Shown here in pieces: positions 43,949 through 54,673 of a DNA stretch of 64,000 nucleotides. The number at the start of each line of letters is the position of its first letter. The stretch's first letter is position 1. The notes under the pieces were generated by a model, which was not told where the DNA came from, did no database searches, and saw nothing but the letters and a program-made list of their open reading frames with translations. The stretch spans positions 160,001 to 224,000 of the forward strand of contig JBFXLE010000005.1 in the NCBI GenBank assembly GCA_050173015.1, written 5' to 3'. A program made the translations under genes and the position numbers. The stretch comes from Calditrichaceae bacterium. Lineage in GTDB: Bacteria > Calditrichota > Calditrichia > Calditrichales > JBFXGD01.

Positions 43949-44437
43949 TTATTGATCAGCATAGGACTCAACCTTGTCATCGACAACCGTTAACTCAACT
44001 CCCGCCTGTTTAAAAAGCTCCCGGGTTTCTTCGGCGGCATGATACTTCTTTTGAGCGACGACTCTTGTTATACCGACGCTTATGATCAGCATGGCGCACA
44101 CCCGGCAGGGTTCCATGGTGCAGTATAAGGTGGTGCCCTGTAGCGAAATCCCGTATTTTGCCGCCTGACATATGGCATTTTGTTCGGCGTGAATGGTGCG
44201 CACGCAATGCTGAGTGATTGTGCCGTCACTGTTCAGCACTTTTTTTAGCTGATGTCCGGCCTCATCGCAGTGCGGCAGTCCCGGCGGGGAGCCGACATAT
44301 CCGCTGCATAACATCCGTTTTTCACGAACAATGATACATCCGCTCTTGCCTCTGTCGCATGTTGCCCGATTCGCGACTTCAGTCACGAGCTTTAAAAAAT
44401 ATTCATCCCAGCTTGGGCGTTTTTTTTCGGCTGCCAT
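43949..44437 (-). CDS. dCMP deaminase family protein
   Basis: RPSWDEYF, RATC, HAEQNA, PCRVC. Confidence 0.93.
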   Translation of the reverse strand: MAAEKKRPSWDEYFLKLVTEVANRATCDRGKSGCIIVREKRMLCSGYVGSPPGLPHCDEAGHQLKKVLNSDGTITQHCVRTIHAEQNAICQAAKYGISLQGTTLYCTMEPCRVCAMLIISVGITRVVAQKKYHAAEETRELFKQAGVELTVVDDKVESYADQ

Positions 44438-44579
44438 ATGGTCCGATCCTTTCAAATTCGCCAACAGACCCAGAATTTAACTTTAATATAACTGAAATAT
44501 GATTATATTCAAGTTCTAATTTTAAGGTTGTTTGATCATTATGTGAGCAGGAGATTATAAAAGTTGAAGCTATGAAGGA

Positions 44580-46040
44580 TTATTCCGATCGCATAATATT
44601 TCGCCTGATTCCCGCGTCGGGCGCGGAATCGTTGAATCTTATCTGATCGAAAAACAGATCAATACCCAGGGCATCATACACTTCTGAGAGATCGGGAAAG
44701 TCACTGGAATTGACATGCGCGTTGTATAAATCTGTAAAAACGGTTGTCCGGGTGAGCAAATCCAGTTTTCCGGATATCTCCAGAGCGGTCCACATGCGGT
44801 CAGAAGGCATACAGCATTCTCTGAGCAGGCCGAGCGCTGTATCAAGAGTCATTTTGCCGCCGGATAATTTACGCAGACGCCAGTCGGCCATCAGCATCAT
44901 TCCCGCGCCGCTCCAGTAAACTCTCATAAACGCCCGGTTACGGTACATGTGTTCGGCCGCGTCGCTTAGTGTTTCATCACCGGATTCATTTTTGCCGCGG
45001 TTAAAGCCTTCGTGTAGTTTCTTCCAGGCCTTTTTTTCAGTAAGAATTCCGGTTCGGGCTAGCAAGACATTTTGATAATAACTGGCAAGCCCTTCAGAAA
45101 ACCAGGCGTCATTTCTGCTTATGAACGGCAGGGTCAAATGACTAAATTCATGAAAAGCGGTCCAATCCTTCAAAAAATCCTCTTGTGCCCGGCGCTGATC
45201 AATAAAAAAATGCGCCGCGGGGCTGCCTCCCCTTAAAACCTGCGCATAGGGCACCGGCTCACGGCCTTTGTTTACGGGTATAACTAAAACCTGAGTATAT
45301 TTTTGTGGAAACTGTCCATAAATATCAGCCACCGCCTGCGCGGATTTTTGAATCCAGTGACTGATCTCATCCGGTTTAACAGGAGGATCACCATCCATTA
45401 TGGCAAGTAAAAGAGTGCCGCCGGAAACCTGAATTTCTTTTGAATAGAATTTACCAAAGACAACCGTGACCGGCCATTCATGAGGGGTATGACCCAACCG
45501 GTATACAGCTTTTCCGGGTTCCGTGCTGACCTTCTCCCATGGGGCGGAGACCTTTATGTTCCCCGGAAGTTCAAAGGATATCAGGATATCAACATCTGTC
45601 CGGTCTTCTTTTGGAAGCCATAACCACAGATCCGCGGAGGTGATCAGGGCCGAACCCGCTCTTCTGACCATGCTCCATTTATTTTTACTAACCGCGCTCT
45701 GTAAGTCAACCTGATATTCGATACCGCTGCCATCGGCGATTTTGCCAAGGTTGATTTTATTGTCACCGATATTCGTTTCGTTGTTTCCTCTGACATGGGT
45801 CAGATATTTAGAAGCTTTTTTATTGCCTGAATAAAGAACATCCGGGGAAGGCCCTTGATAAATAATCTGAACGGTCAGGAACGCTAAAGATGAATCAACG
45901 CGGACAGAATAATAATGAATCCTTTTTTTTTGACCGGAAAAGACAGACATCCCGCAGATGAAAGAGAATATGATAAGTAAAACACCTATCGGGAACAGAG
46001 CGGGATTGACCTTAATATTTTGAATCCGGATATTCATCAT
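44580..46040 (-). CDS. zinc metallopeptidase, M61-like (gluzincin)
   Basis: HEFSH, WFSEGLASYY, RVYWSGA; N-terminal TM/signal. Confidence 0.75.
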   Translation of the reverse strand: MMNIRIQNIKVNPALFPIGVLLIIFSFICGMSVFSGQKKRIHYYSVRVDSSLAFLTVQIIYQGPSPDVLYSGNKKASKYLTHVRGNNETNIGDNKINLGKIADGSGIEYQVDLQSAVSKNKWSMVRRAGSALITSADLWLWLPKEDRTDVDILISFELPGNIKVSAPWEKVSTEPGKAVYRLGHTPHEWPVTVVFGKFYSKEIQVSGGTLLLAIMDGDPPVKPDEISHWIQKSAQAVADIYGQFPQKYTQVLVIPVNKGREPVPYAQVLRGGSPAAHFFIDQRRAQEDFLKDWTAFHEFSHLTLPFISRNDAWFSEGLASYYQNVLLARTGILTEKKAWKKLHEGFNRGKNESGDETLSDAAEHMYRNRAFMRVYWSGAGMMLMADWRLRKLSGGKMTLDTALGLLRECCMPSDRMWTALEISGKLDLLTRTTVFTDLYNAHVNSSDFPDLSEVYDALGIDLFFDQIRFNDSAPDAGIRRNIMRSE

Positions 46041-46131
46041 CTTTCTTCTCTTAATGCATATAAATATTTAAGTGAAGAAGACAATAAAATATTTCAAAAA
46101 TTCGGTTGGATGGCTGAAAGCCGCAAAGCGA

Positions 46132-48906
46132 CTATTTGAGATATAGCATTTTTCCTGTTCCGCTGAATAGAATTCGGGAACCCGAGGTTGCCCGTATCAA
46201 ATAAAAATAAACACCGCTCGCCATGCCCGCGTGCGGTTGATAAACGAAACGGTGAAGCCCGGGCCGTTGCTGCTTTTTTAGCGGGATATCAATACGCCGT
46301 CCCGATATATCAAAAACGGCGATTTCAACGTCCGATATTTGCGGAATAGTGTACTCAATGGTTGTAGAAGGATTGAACGGATTGGGATAATTTTGGCGGA
46401 TTGAAAAAGCCAACGGCAATGATTCTGTATGCTCAACAGGTGTGGATATGTTGATATCTTCAATTTTAATTTCATGATTTTCTGTCGTGTTCAAATCGGA
46501 TTGAACATACAAAATTTGATTATCGGGGTCATAATAATACCCGTTCTCCGATTGTCGCAACAACACAAGAGAGGCGAAGGCGCTCGTTTCAGCGTTGTCA
46601 ACAAACAGCCTTTCAGGAGCGCTATTCACCTGATGAATTTCGGCAAGATAAACACGGTCGGCGGGCATTCCCGCGTAACTACCTTCAGAGGCGCCGATAA
46701 TCATCATCATTATATTTTTACTGTCCTGTGTATAAAATGACTGAGAAAAATTTGTCAATGTATAGCTGCCAAGCTGATATTCCAGACTGTTATTATCATC
46801 TTCATACAATATAAAGGACGCGTCGGCTTCCGGGTCGGGATAGACGGTGAGCGTCAAAGTATCCACGGGAAATTCATCCACATAATTCATCACCGGCTGC
46901 ATGGGAATAATGCTCCCTGCTTTGATGAACAGCGGGATTTGATCAAGGGGTGCGTCAACCGAAACACTTCGCCCGCCTTCATAAATCTGATCTGTCCAGA
47001 AATCAAACCAGCGCCCCGAAGGAAGATAGAAGGTCTTGCTTCGCTGCCCCGACTGAACCACCGGGGACACCAGGATGTTCTCCCCGAAAAGGAATGAATC
47101 CTCATCATTAGTAAGAGCGGGATCATCGGGATCGGCAAAAAACAACGGTCTGGCAATGGGCATTCCGGTCGTGTAATTTTCGTAGGCCAGCGTATAGAGA
47201 TAGGGCAATAACCGATAGCGCAACTGAATGAATTTTTTGCTGATCGCTTCGGCTTCTGTTCCGAATCCCCAGGGTTCGGTGGACTGATTATCCACACCAT
47301 GCGCGCGCATCACCGGATTGAAGGCCCCGAACTCGATCCAACGGATATACAGCTCCGGAGAAGATGTTCCGGTGAATCCCCCCAAGTCGGAACTGTGATA
47401 AGCCAGGCCGGAAATTCCGGTATTAAGCATCAACGCCGGCTGAACAGCCAAACCCCCGAAAGTTCTTGAAACATCTCCCGACCAGGTAAATACCCCGTAG
47501 CGCTGAATCCCGGCATAGCCCGAGCGGGTAAGATTCACAACCCGTTCATTGGGACGGTAATCGCTGAATCCTTCATACACGGTTTTGGCCCAGAGAAGAT
47601 TGTACAGATTATGTATTTCACGTGCTCCGCCAAGAAAATGCACCATATCGACAGGATGATTTTCCGGTTCTCCAAGATCTGTCCATACACCGGCCACCCC
47701 ATAATCCATAAATGTCCGGTACTCGTTCCATAACCACTCCCGCGCGTCCGGATTTGTAATATCAAACAAAACCGCGTTACAACCGCATGACCACCAGTTG
47801 GAAAGGATATAGGGATTTCCAAAAGCATCCATAGCGCTGTACGCGCTCAGAGATCCGGTAAGATCGGAATAATGCCGGGAGTACTGGGTAAAATACGGTT
47901 CGGTGATGACAATGGTCTTAAATCCCCGGTCCATGAAATCAGAGGTCATTCCCGCCGGATCGGGCCAATCGCCAAAATCCCAGGACAGATCACCCATGTT
48001 TTGAAACCAGTAAAGATCAAGTATAATGGCATCGGCGGGGATATTTTTGGCGCGCATGGTACTGACCATGTTACGGGCTTCGTTTTCATTTCGGTAGCCG
48101 AATTTTGATTGCAGATATCCCAGCGCCCATTTTGGCGGAAGCGGCTGTCTCCCCGTAAGCCAGGTGTAGGCCTCGATTTGATCGGGAACGGTTTCACCTG
48201 CGATAAAGAAATAGGAAAGGACGCCTCCATACACATGATAATAAAAATTATCCGGTTCATACACCCCAAGATCAAATTCCGCTTTACCGTTATTTTCGAA
48301 ATAAAGCGCGTATCCCCGCGCGGATGAAAGAAAGGGAATGTTGATGTTCATGGTTGAAGGGACGGGAGATCCATACCCGTAAACCTGTGTGTTATAACTG
48401 GTAAAAGCGTAACCGCGTAAATCCAGATCCAATCCCCGTTCACCGGTTCCGTAAAAGTGATCGGCGGGATCGAGCATAAATGTGGCCGCTTTATCATCTC
48501 CGTTCCATAAAAATCCGCCGGCGGACGGTTCGTCCAGCAACGGCATTCCGGAAGCCGTCTCGTAATGTATCCGCAAAGGAAATTTATCCAGCCTGATTGT
48601 CAATCCGGCAGTCTGAATATTGATTTCACTCTCAGATTCGCTAAGGGTGTATGATATGGCCTCACTGGTGTCCTGAACAACAACCCGGGATGTATCGGGC
48701 GCGGTATTTCCATCCGGGAGAAGATCGACGCGAACGATATCAGACCGGTAAAAGGTAAATATTATGGCGGCGGGATTGGCTTCTACAATAATCTGCTTGC
48801 CTGAAATTCGGTAACCCGTAAAATCACCGGTAGATGACTGTCCAAAGACCAATCCGGTATGCAACGCGATGACAATTATAATAGATAAAGCGTTTTTTAT
48901 ACGCAT
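46132..48906 (-). CDS. glycoside hydrolase family 31 with C-terminal sorting domain
   Basis: WTDLGEPE nucleophile, WSGDV acid/base, MRAHG; NYPNPFNP C-terminal domain; signal peptide. Confidence 0.93.
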   Translation of the reverse strand: MRIKNALSIIIVIALHTGLVFGQSSTGDFTGYRISGKQIIVEANPAAIIFTFYRSDIVRVDLLPDGNTAPDTSRVVVQDTSEAISYTLSESESEINIQTAGLTIRLDKFPLRIHYETASGMPLLDEPSAGGFLWNGDDKAATFMLDPADHFYGTGERGLDLDLRGYAFTSYNTQVYGYGSPVPSTMNINIPFLSSARGYALYFENNGKAEFDLGVYEPDNFYYHVYGGVLSYFFIAGETVPDQIEAYTWLTGRQPLPPKWALGYLQSKFGYRNENEARNMVSTMRAKNIPADAIILDLYWFQNMGDLSWDFGDWPDPAGMTSDFMDRGFKTIVITEPYFTQYSRHYSDLTGSLSAYSAMDAFGNPYILSNWWSCGCNAVLFDITNPDAREWLWNEYRTFMDYGVAGVWTDLGEPENHPVDMVHFLGGAREIHNLYNLLWAKTVYEGFSDYRPNERVVNLTRSGYAGIQRYGVFTWSGDVSRTFGGLAVQPALMLNTGISGLAYHSSDLGGFTGTSSPELYIRWIEFGAFNPVMRAHGVDNQSTEPWGFGTEAEAISKKFIQLRYRLLPYLYTLAYENYTTGMPIARPLFFADPDDPALTNDEDSFLFGENILVSPVVQSGQRSKTFYLPSGRWFDFWTDQIYEGGRSVSVDAPLDQIPLFIKAGSIIPMQPVMNYVDEFPVDTLTLTVYPDPEADASFILYEDDNNSLEYQLGSYTLTNFSQSFYTQDSKNIMMMIIGASEGSYAGMPADRVYLAEIHQVNSAPERLFVDNAETSAFASLVLLRQSENGYYYDPDNQILYVQSDLNTTENHEIKIEDINISTPVEHTESLPLAFSIRQNYPNPFNPSTTIEYTIPQISDVEIAVFDISGRRIDIPLKKQQRPGLHRFVYQPHAGMASGVYFYLIRATSGSRILFSGTGKMLYLK

Positions 48907-48937
48907 TAGCCGCCTTCTTGCTCTCAAATTTTATGTT

Positions 48938-51900
48938 TTAATCTGTTCTTAACAACCGTTTAAACCAAAGAATGGAAATCACCGCCAATGCCAGCGATGA
49001 AAGAACAGCGCCCGGGATCGCTTCGGGAACAGCATTAAACACCCCCTGTTTGACTGAACCGAGAATCATCAATGACCCGCTCATCAATGGAATGAGCGCC
49101 GGTTGAAAACGGAATACGGTAATATACATGATAATAAAATATATACCTGAAATTATTCCCAGGGTCATCCAAAGGTTGAGATTGTCAATGGCAAATCCGC
49201 TGTAAATAAAGCCGAATAAGAAAAGCGCCAGGAGAGTAAGGATTTTTCTGCCGGACCATCCGTCAGAGAATTTATCAAGGGCGGTGAATACCAGCAAGAG
49301 CAGGGCGGTTTCGATAATATACCCGGCGATGGGCTGTAATGCCGCACCAAGAAGTGGGATTGAACCGGCGATCGTTTTATATTCCGCCCAGACCGGCTTG
49401 AGGACCGGACCGGTTAATGATCCCGCGGATGTTAGTAATCCCGCGAAAAGCAGCCCGATGGAGGCTCCAGCTAAAATCATGGTGAAGCTACCGCGGGCTT
49501 TTTGGGCTCGTTTCCATTTTTGCGTGAATCCGCCGATAAAGGCGGGGCCGGCCGCGAGAAGCAGGATCAAAATAACAGGCATAACGAGCGCGAGAATCAT
49601 CTGATTGAAATACGGTTCGGATGTCGAAAATTTAGCGACAGAACAATTCCATTCATTGATGATGTCAATAATCCCGATTCCAAGCAGAAAAGTGAGAATC
49701 CATAAAAAAACAGAGGGAGAAAATTTCTTTCTGCTCCAGGCAACGATAGCGCCGATTATACCGGCGAGGAAAATCAACACGGCAGACATGATGACGAGAC
49801 CCCTGATGAGTCTTGAAAGATTCGTTCTGTTTATTTCATCGCGTTCCCAGTCTTCCTTGACATATATATAACGATAACTGTCAGTCACCTCTTTGCCCGA
49901 AATGAGAACCGCGATCCGGGCCTCCCCGTTTTCGGTCGAATAAACCATCGTGTCCGCGAAAGTAATCGTCCAGTCAAGACGATTTTCAAGCCGTGAAGGT
50001 TCTACAGAGATCACTTTCAGGACTGAGGGGTCCATCCGGTGCAGATTGACGATTACAGAATCGGCTATTTTTTTTGCCTGTTCTTCTTCAAGAATCGCGC
50101 CGGTTCTTGCCTCGGGCAGGATATGGCGGAAACGGATATTGTTTTCATCCTGAATCAATATCTGATATTCCTCGGCTCTATCCGCCACATCACCTTCAAA
50201 ACGGATATAACGAATCTTCCAGTATGGCGGTGACAGGTAGTTGCCGATCAATCCGGCGTAGCTCTCAGACCCTTCTGTCTGCCAGATCATCCGGTCATCC
50301 GCGCCGTTGGGGGATTCAATACAGCTCAGCATCCTCCATTCTTTGGGTAACTGAATATTTCTTTCCTTCATAATTGTATCGGCAATTCGAATCGCCTCAG
50401 TTTTTTGAATATCCAAACGTGGCGCTTCGTTTTTGAAATTGGCGGTGAAAATCCAAAGAACAAGCCCGGCAATTCCGGCAAATATTAGGAAGTAATTGAT
50501 GTTTTTTCCCTGTGAAACTTCCTCTTTTTGGGGAGTCGGCACCGGTTTTTCTTTCAACGGATCCGGTTCCCATGATCCGTTAAGCTGTTCATCCCTTATT
50601 GTTGTCCATTTTTTGGATCTTAAGCGGGCAAACAGGATTACCCACAGCGGAACCAGCACGAGAATGAAAACCATCAGGCGGTCGGCCCAGATTCCGGGAG
50701 CGGTCGAAACAAATAAAGGAAGGGCGAACCAAACAACATCCACAGCGTAATGCAGAATAATACCCGGAAGCAACCCGAAGTACAGATAAACAAGACCGAA
50801 ACCGATAGAAGGGATAATCAGTTCCACTAGTCTGGCGTACGCCGGCTGCTGCGGATAATTGGCGTGAGCCGCCCCAAAAATCACCGCCTGGAGAATAAAC
50901 GCGGCGAATATCCAGGCTTTTCTGTGCCCGTATTTTTGACCGATCAGAGCGGCCCCGGCGATGGGAATCGCCCGGAACAGACATTCTTCCATAAAACCGG
51001 CCTGAAAAGAAATGGTTATGGATGACAGCCAGGGAAAATATGAGGCCAGTATATCGGGCTCAAATAAAGCCTCGGATGGCGACCACCAGCCAAGATACCG
51101 CGAGGCAAAAAAGTATAACCCGATATCGAAGGCAAAGAACAATCCAACCGCCAGATACCCGCCGAATGTCTGTCCCCAAACAACCGGCGAGCTTGCCGTG
51201 TCTTTTGACCAAATATTCCAGAACCGCAGATGGTTAGGAAAGGCTTTTCTTGTGAGACTTTCCGCCGCCATAAATGAAAGCGTAAAAAAGATTGTCAGTC
51301 CGATAAATGACACGAGCAAACCGACAATCTGCTGCATTACAAACCCTTGCGCGGAGAGGGCCGTGTCATATCTCATCCATGACAGCGGCCATCGGTTCAA
51401 AGAGTTTAATATTTGCAGCAGCGCGACAAAGATCCCCCAGAACAGAGGTTTTCGCCAGATAATCCATCTTTGCCGGATGAGAAAAAACAATCCGATGATC
51501 ATACCGCCCAAAAAGTAAAAAATGATCATTCCCACCAACGCGCCCGCGGAGATGGTTTCATTTGATGAACGCATTTCACTGTATCGTCTGGAGAAGGCTT
51601 CGGGTATTTTCACAAAATGCGTTAATTCGGTAAACTTATCACCCGATACGACCAGGCGCATGCGATAGTGGGCGTCACCGGTTTTAATATCGGCGCGTTC
51701 ATATACAAAGGTATGATCAACACGGCCGCCGGGGCGGACTTCCTTCGACGTTTCCACAAGATTATATACACTCAGATCAGTTTTTAGGAACAGCCGCGCG
51801 TTTTGTTCGGCGATCACCCGGGCGGAGTCCGGTATTAATGCCGCGCCCGGCGCCTTCTCCGAAAGCGTTTCGACAAAACCGTATGGTTCGCCTCCCGGTG

Positions 51901-52258
51901 TGAAGCGGATTTCCGTTTCATTTACTTCCGATTCTCTGTAATGACGAACATGCCATGTGTAAGGATAGTAGATTTTCTCCTCAAGGACGGCGCTGAATGC
52001 TTCCGCTCCCCCCGCTTCAAGCTCCACATAATTCTGAAATTTGTTGTCCAGGTCAAACGAAGCCGCCTGATCAAAATCAGTGGGTCCGAGATTTAGGATT
52101 CCGGAAAACTGTTCCGCGGCGCTCAGTGCCGTCTGCCTGTCCATCTGCAGATCCAGATTAACAAGCGGATAGGCCATAGGGAAAAACCGGTAGGTAAATA
52201 TGGCGCCTGCAATGGAAAAAATAGTAAGAATGATCCAGAAAGCGGGTTTTCTAAACAT
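48938..52258 (-). CDS. large CPBP-family intramembrane protease with duplicated extracytoplasmic domain
   Basis: EECLFR, FGAAH, HYAVD motifs in first half; many TM. Confidence 0.82.
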   Translation of the reverse strand: MFRKPAFWIILTIFSIAGAIFTYRFFPMAYPLVNLDLQMDRQTALSAAEQFSGILNLGPTDFDQAASFDLDNKFQNYVELEAGGAEAFSAVLEEKIYYPYTWHVRHYRESEVNETEIRFTPGGEPYGFVETLSEKAPGAALIPDSARVIAEQNARLFLKTDLSVYNLVETSKEVRPGGRVDHTFVYERADIKTGDAHYRMRLVVSGDKFTELTHFVKIPEAFSRRYSEMRSSNETISAGALVGMIIFYFLGGMIIGLFFLIRQRWIIWRKPLFWGIFVALLQILNSLNRWPLSWMRYDTALSAQGFVMQQIVGLLVSFIGLTIFFTLSFMAAESLTRKAFPNHLRFWNIWSKDTASSPVVWGQTFGGYLAVGLFFAFDIGLYFFASRYLGWWSPSEALFEPDILASYFPWLSSITISFQAGFMEECLFRAIPIAGAALIGQKYGHRKAWIFAAFILQAVIFGAAHANYPQQPAYARLVELIIPSIGFGLVYLYFGLLPGIILHYAVDVVWFALPLFVSTAPGIWADRLMVFILVLVPLWVILFARLRSKKWTTIRDEQLNGSWEPDPLKEKPVPTPQKEEVSQGKNINYFLIFAGIAGLVLWIFTANFKNEAPRLDIQKTEAIRIADTIMKERNIQLPKEWRMLSCIESPNGADDRMIWQTEGSESYAGLIGNYLSPPYWKIRYIRFEGDVADRAEEYQILIQDENNIRFRHILPEARTGAILEEEQAKKIADSVIVNLHRMDPSVLKVISVEPSRLENRLDWTITFADTMVYSTENGEARIAVLISGKEVTDSYRYIYVKEDWERDEINRTNLSRLIRGLVIMSAVLIFLAGIIGAIVAWSRKKFSPSVFLWILTFLLGIGIIDIINEWNCSVAKFSTSEPYFNQMILALVMPVILILLLAAGPAFIGGFTQKWKRAQKARGSFTMILAGASIGLLFAGLLTSAGSLTGPVLKPVWAEYKTIAGSIPLLGAALQPIAGYIIETALLLLVFTALDKFSDGWSGRKILTLLALFLFGFIYSGFAIDNLNLWMTLGIISGIYFIIMYITVFRFQPALIPLMSGSLMILGSVKQGVFNAVPEAIPGAVLSSLALAVISILWFKRLLRTD

Positions 52259-52557
52259 CTCATCCCCCAATTTTTTTTGAGAATGGATTTAAATATGATG
52301 AAGATTCGCCGGACTAAATGAACGGTTGTGTGAAAATATAAGCACGGGAGGCGTTCATAGGAAATATTAATAAATTAATTAATTCGGAAGGTTTGGCCGG
52401 ATCGCGACCAATTATTAATTATGATGAGACCTAAGATTATTCAACGGGCTTTGAAGCCGTAATCAGGAATTGAATATTATAAATCTTGTAATGAATAAAA
52501 GTGTATGATATTTTACAAAAGCTGAATAATTGAGACAGCTTTTGGTAAGGTTAGACT

Positions 52558-53907
52558 ATGAAAAACACAATTTCATGCCGCCAGAATGCATGGTATGGAG
52601 ACAATGAGATTTCTTACCGGTTCCCCGACAACTGGAAAATTACCGTATTTTCCCCTCAAGACAGGGCAAAGCTGAGTGATGATGAAATTTATACAAAGAT
52701 ACAAAATCCCCTGGGCTGTTTTCCCCTGATCAAACAATTGAAGCCGGGTATGAAAGTATTAATTATCAGCGATGATATAACCAGACCCACCCGTACAGAT
52801 GTCATCATTCCGATTCTTCTCAATATCCTGAAAAACGCCGGTATTCATTCCACTCATGTTTCTATATTGATCGGAACGGGCCTTCATTCGCTTATGGGTG
52901 ATCATGAGAAGATGCTTAAATTCGGCAAAGCAATAGTTGATAATTTTAAAATATATGACCACGATTATCGCGGAAAAAACATTTACGCGGGAAAAACAAG
53001 ACAGGGGACACCGGTTTTTATAAACAGACATGTTATGGAAAGCGATTTTATAATCGGTGTTGGCGGGATTTATCCTCATAATCCGGCCGGATTCGGAGGA
53101 GGAGCCAAGCTGATCCTGGGTGTCAGCGGGGAGAAAACAATCAAATATTTTCATCTGAGAAGAAAAGGCGTGGACGCCGGCGGAGCAGTTTCAAATGAAT
53201 TCAGACAGGATCTGCTTGAAGCTTCAAGGTTGGCGGGAATGAATTTTATCATCAATAACCTGGTTGATAAAAACAGAAATATAATCGATATCTTTGCCGG
53301 AGATGTTGATTCGGCTTATCATGCGGGTGTGGAAAAAGCGATGGATATTTTCGGTGTTCCGAGTCCCGCCGATCAATCGTTTGATTTAGTGGTGGCTGAC
53401 GCCTATCCCTTTGACAGTACATTTGCCTTTACCCGAAAAGGATGGTGGCCTATCCGTCAATGCGGGAGAAAAAGCTACAAACTTATTATTTCTTCTATCC
53501 CTAATGGAATAGGGAATCATCCGCTATTTCCGACGGTTCCGGTCCGATACCCAAAGATAATTGACGCGTATAATCAATACCTGACCTCCGGAATCAAAGA
53601 TTTTATCTTCAACTACTCCGTAAAATCCATTTACCGGGGAGGCCGAAACTTTGCGTCAGAAGGATTTCATAAGGTTAAGAATATGATTCGTCCGTCCGCG
53701 AAGGAAGCTCCGGCAGCCCGGAATCAGCCTCTGCCGGCGACACTGCTTCATGGTTTGGATAAAAATTTCTCAAATCAACCGTTACCGTATTCTCTGCGCT
53801 CAACAAATAATCTTAAGGAATTCACAGATCATTTGATATCCCAAACCGGCGACAGGGAATTAAAAGTGGGATTTTATCAAGCATCGTCTCTGACTTTTCC
53901 TGGATAG
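52558..53907 (+). CDS. LarA (nickel-pincer lactate racemase) family protein
   Basis: DITRPT, GTGLH, PHNPAGFGGGAK, downstream H. Confidence 0.85.
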   Translation: MKNTISCRQNAWYGDNEISYRFPDNWKITVFSPQDRAKLSDDEIYTKIQNPLGCFPLIKQLKPGMKVLIISDDITRPTRTDVIIPILLNILKNAGIHSTHVSILIGTGLHSLMGDHEKMLKFGKAIVDNFKIYDHDYRGKNIYAGKTRQGTPVFINRHVMESDFIIGVGGIYPHNPAGFGGGAKLILGVSGEKTIKYFHLRRKGVDAGGAVSNEFRQDLLEASRLAGMNFIINNLVDKNRNIIDIFAGDVDSAYHAGVEKAMDIFGVPSPADQSFDLVVADAYPFDSTFAFTRKGWWPIRQCGRKSYKLIISSIPNGIGNHPLFPTVPVRYPKIIDAYNQYLTSGIKDFIFNYSVKSIYRGGRNFASEGFHKVKNMIRPSAKEAPAARNQPLPATLLHGLDKNFSNQPLPYSLRSTNNLKEFTDHLISQTGDRELKVGFYQASSLTFPG

Positions 53908-54198
53908 CGCGATGGTTATTTCGGGACCGGGAACTACATTTTTTTTATAAAAACAGCACTTCTATAAAGGCTTTTTGTCATAAGCGCGTCAGCCGTTTCT
54001 TTGATGTGTAAGTTATGATCGGCTCATACCTATGTTTTGATTGGCTGAACCGTATGTTATAATCGGTTCATGCGTAGCAGACGATGGTGTTATCCGTTTA
54101 GGCCACAACGGTTATTTGAAATATTGACGCGGGATTACACGTTTATTGAAGATGTCGGCCATATCCGCGCCGGATTAAGTGATACTCAGGATGTAATT

Positions 54199-54471
54199 AT
54201 GATCATGTTTTACAGGCATAAAAACTGTTCCGAATGCGACGATATTCAGGACCGGCTCGATGAGCTGGTCATTGCATACGAGTCCGTCATACCGGGGGCG
54301 GAAGAGCGGCCGGAAATTCAAAACCTGCCTGTTTTAAAAGATGACGGTAAAAATTTTACCGGGATACAATCGATTTCTAAGCATATTGATGAATTAACGT
54401 CCTTTAAAGAGATTTGGGATAAATTTCAGGGCGATTCATGTTATTGCAATGACCGGGGCGAGGTCGAATAA
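54199..54471 (+). CDS. small glutaredoxin-like protein (CxxC, C-terminal CxC)
   Basis: CSEC near N-terminus, LPVLKDDG, GDSCYC; AGGA RBS before ATG 54199. Confidence 0.6.
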   Translation: MIMFYRHKNCSECDDIQDRLDELVIAYESVIPGAEERPEIQNLPVLKDDGKNFTGIQSISKHIDELTSFKEIWDKFQGDSCYCNDRGEVE

Positions 54472-54673
54472 TCCTGCTTTTTCATCATTTCTCATGTGAT
54501 TTTTAAACAAAACCTTACGTTCATCGTGTTTCAGTATCTGCGTATCTCAGAAAATTGGATTAATCAGGGAGTAACGCGATGCACGGCAGAAGAATTTATA
54601 TCTTCATATTTGTGTAATAATATATTAATTTAATCATAGCAAAGGCCAGTTTCACATAAGCTTGGGATCATTT

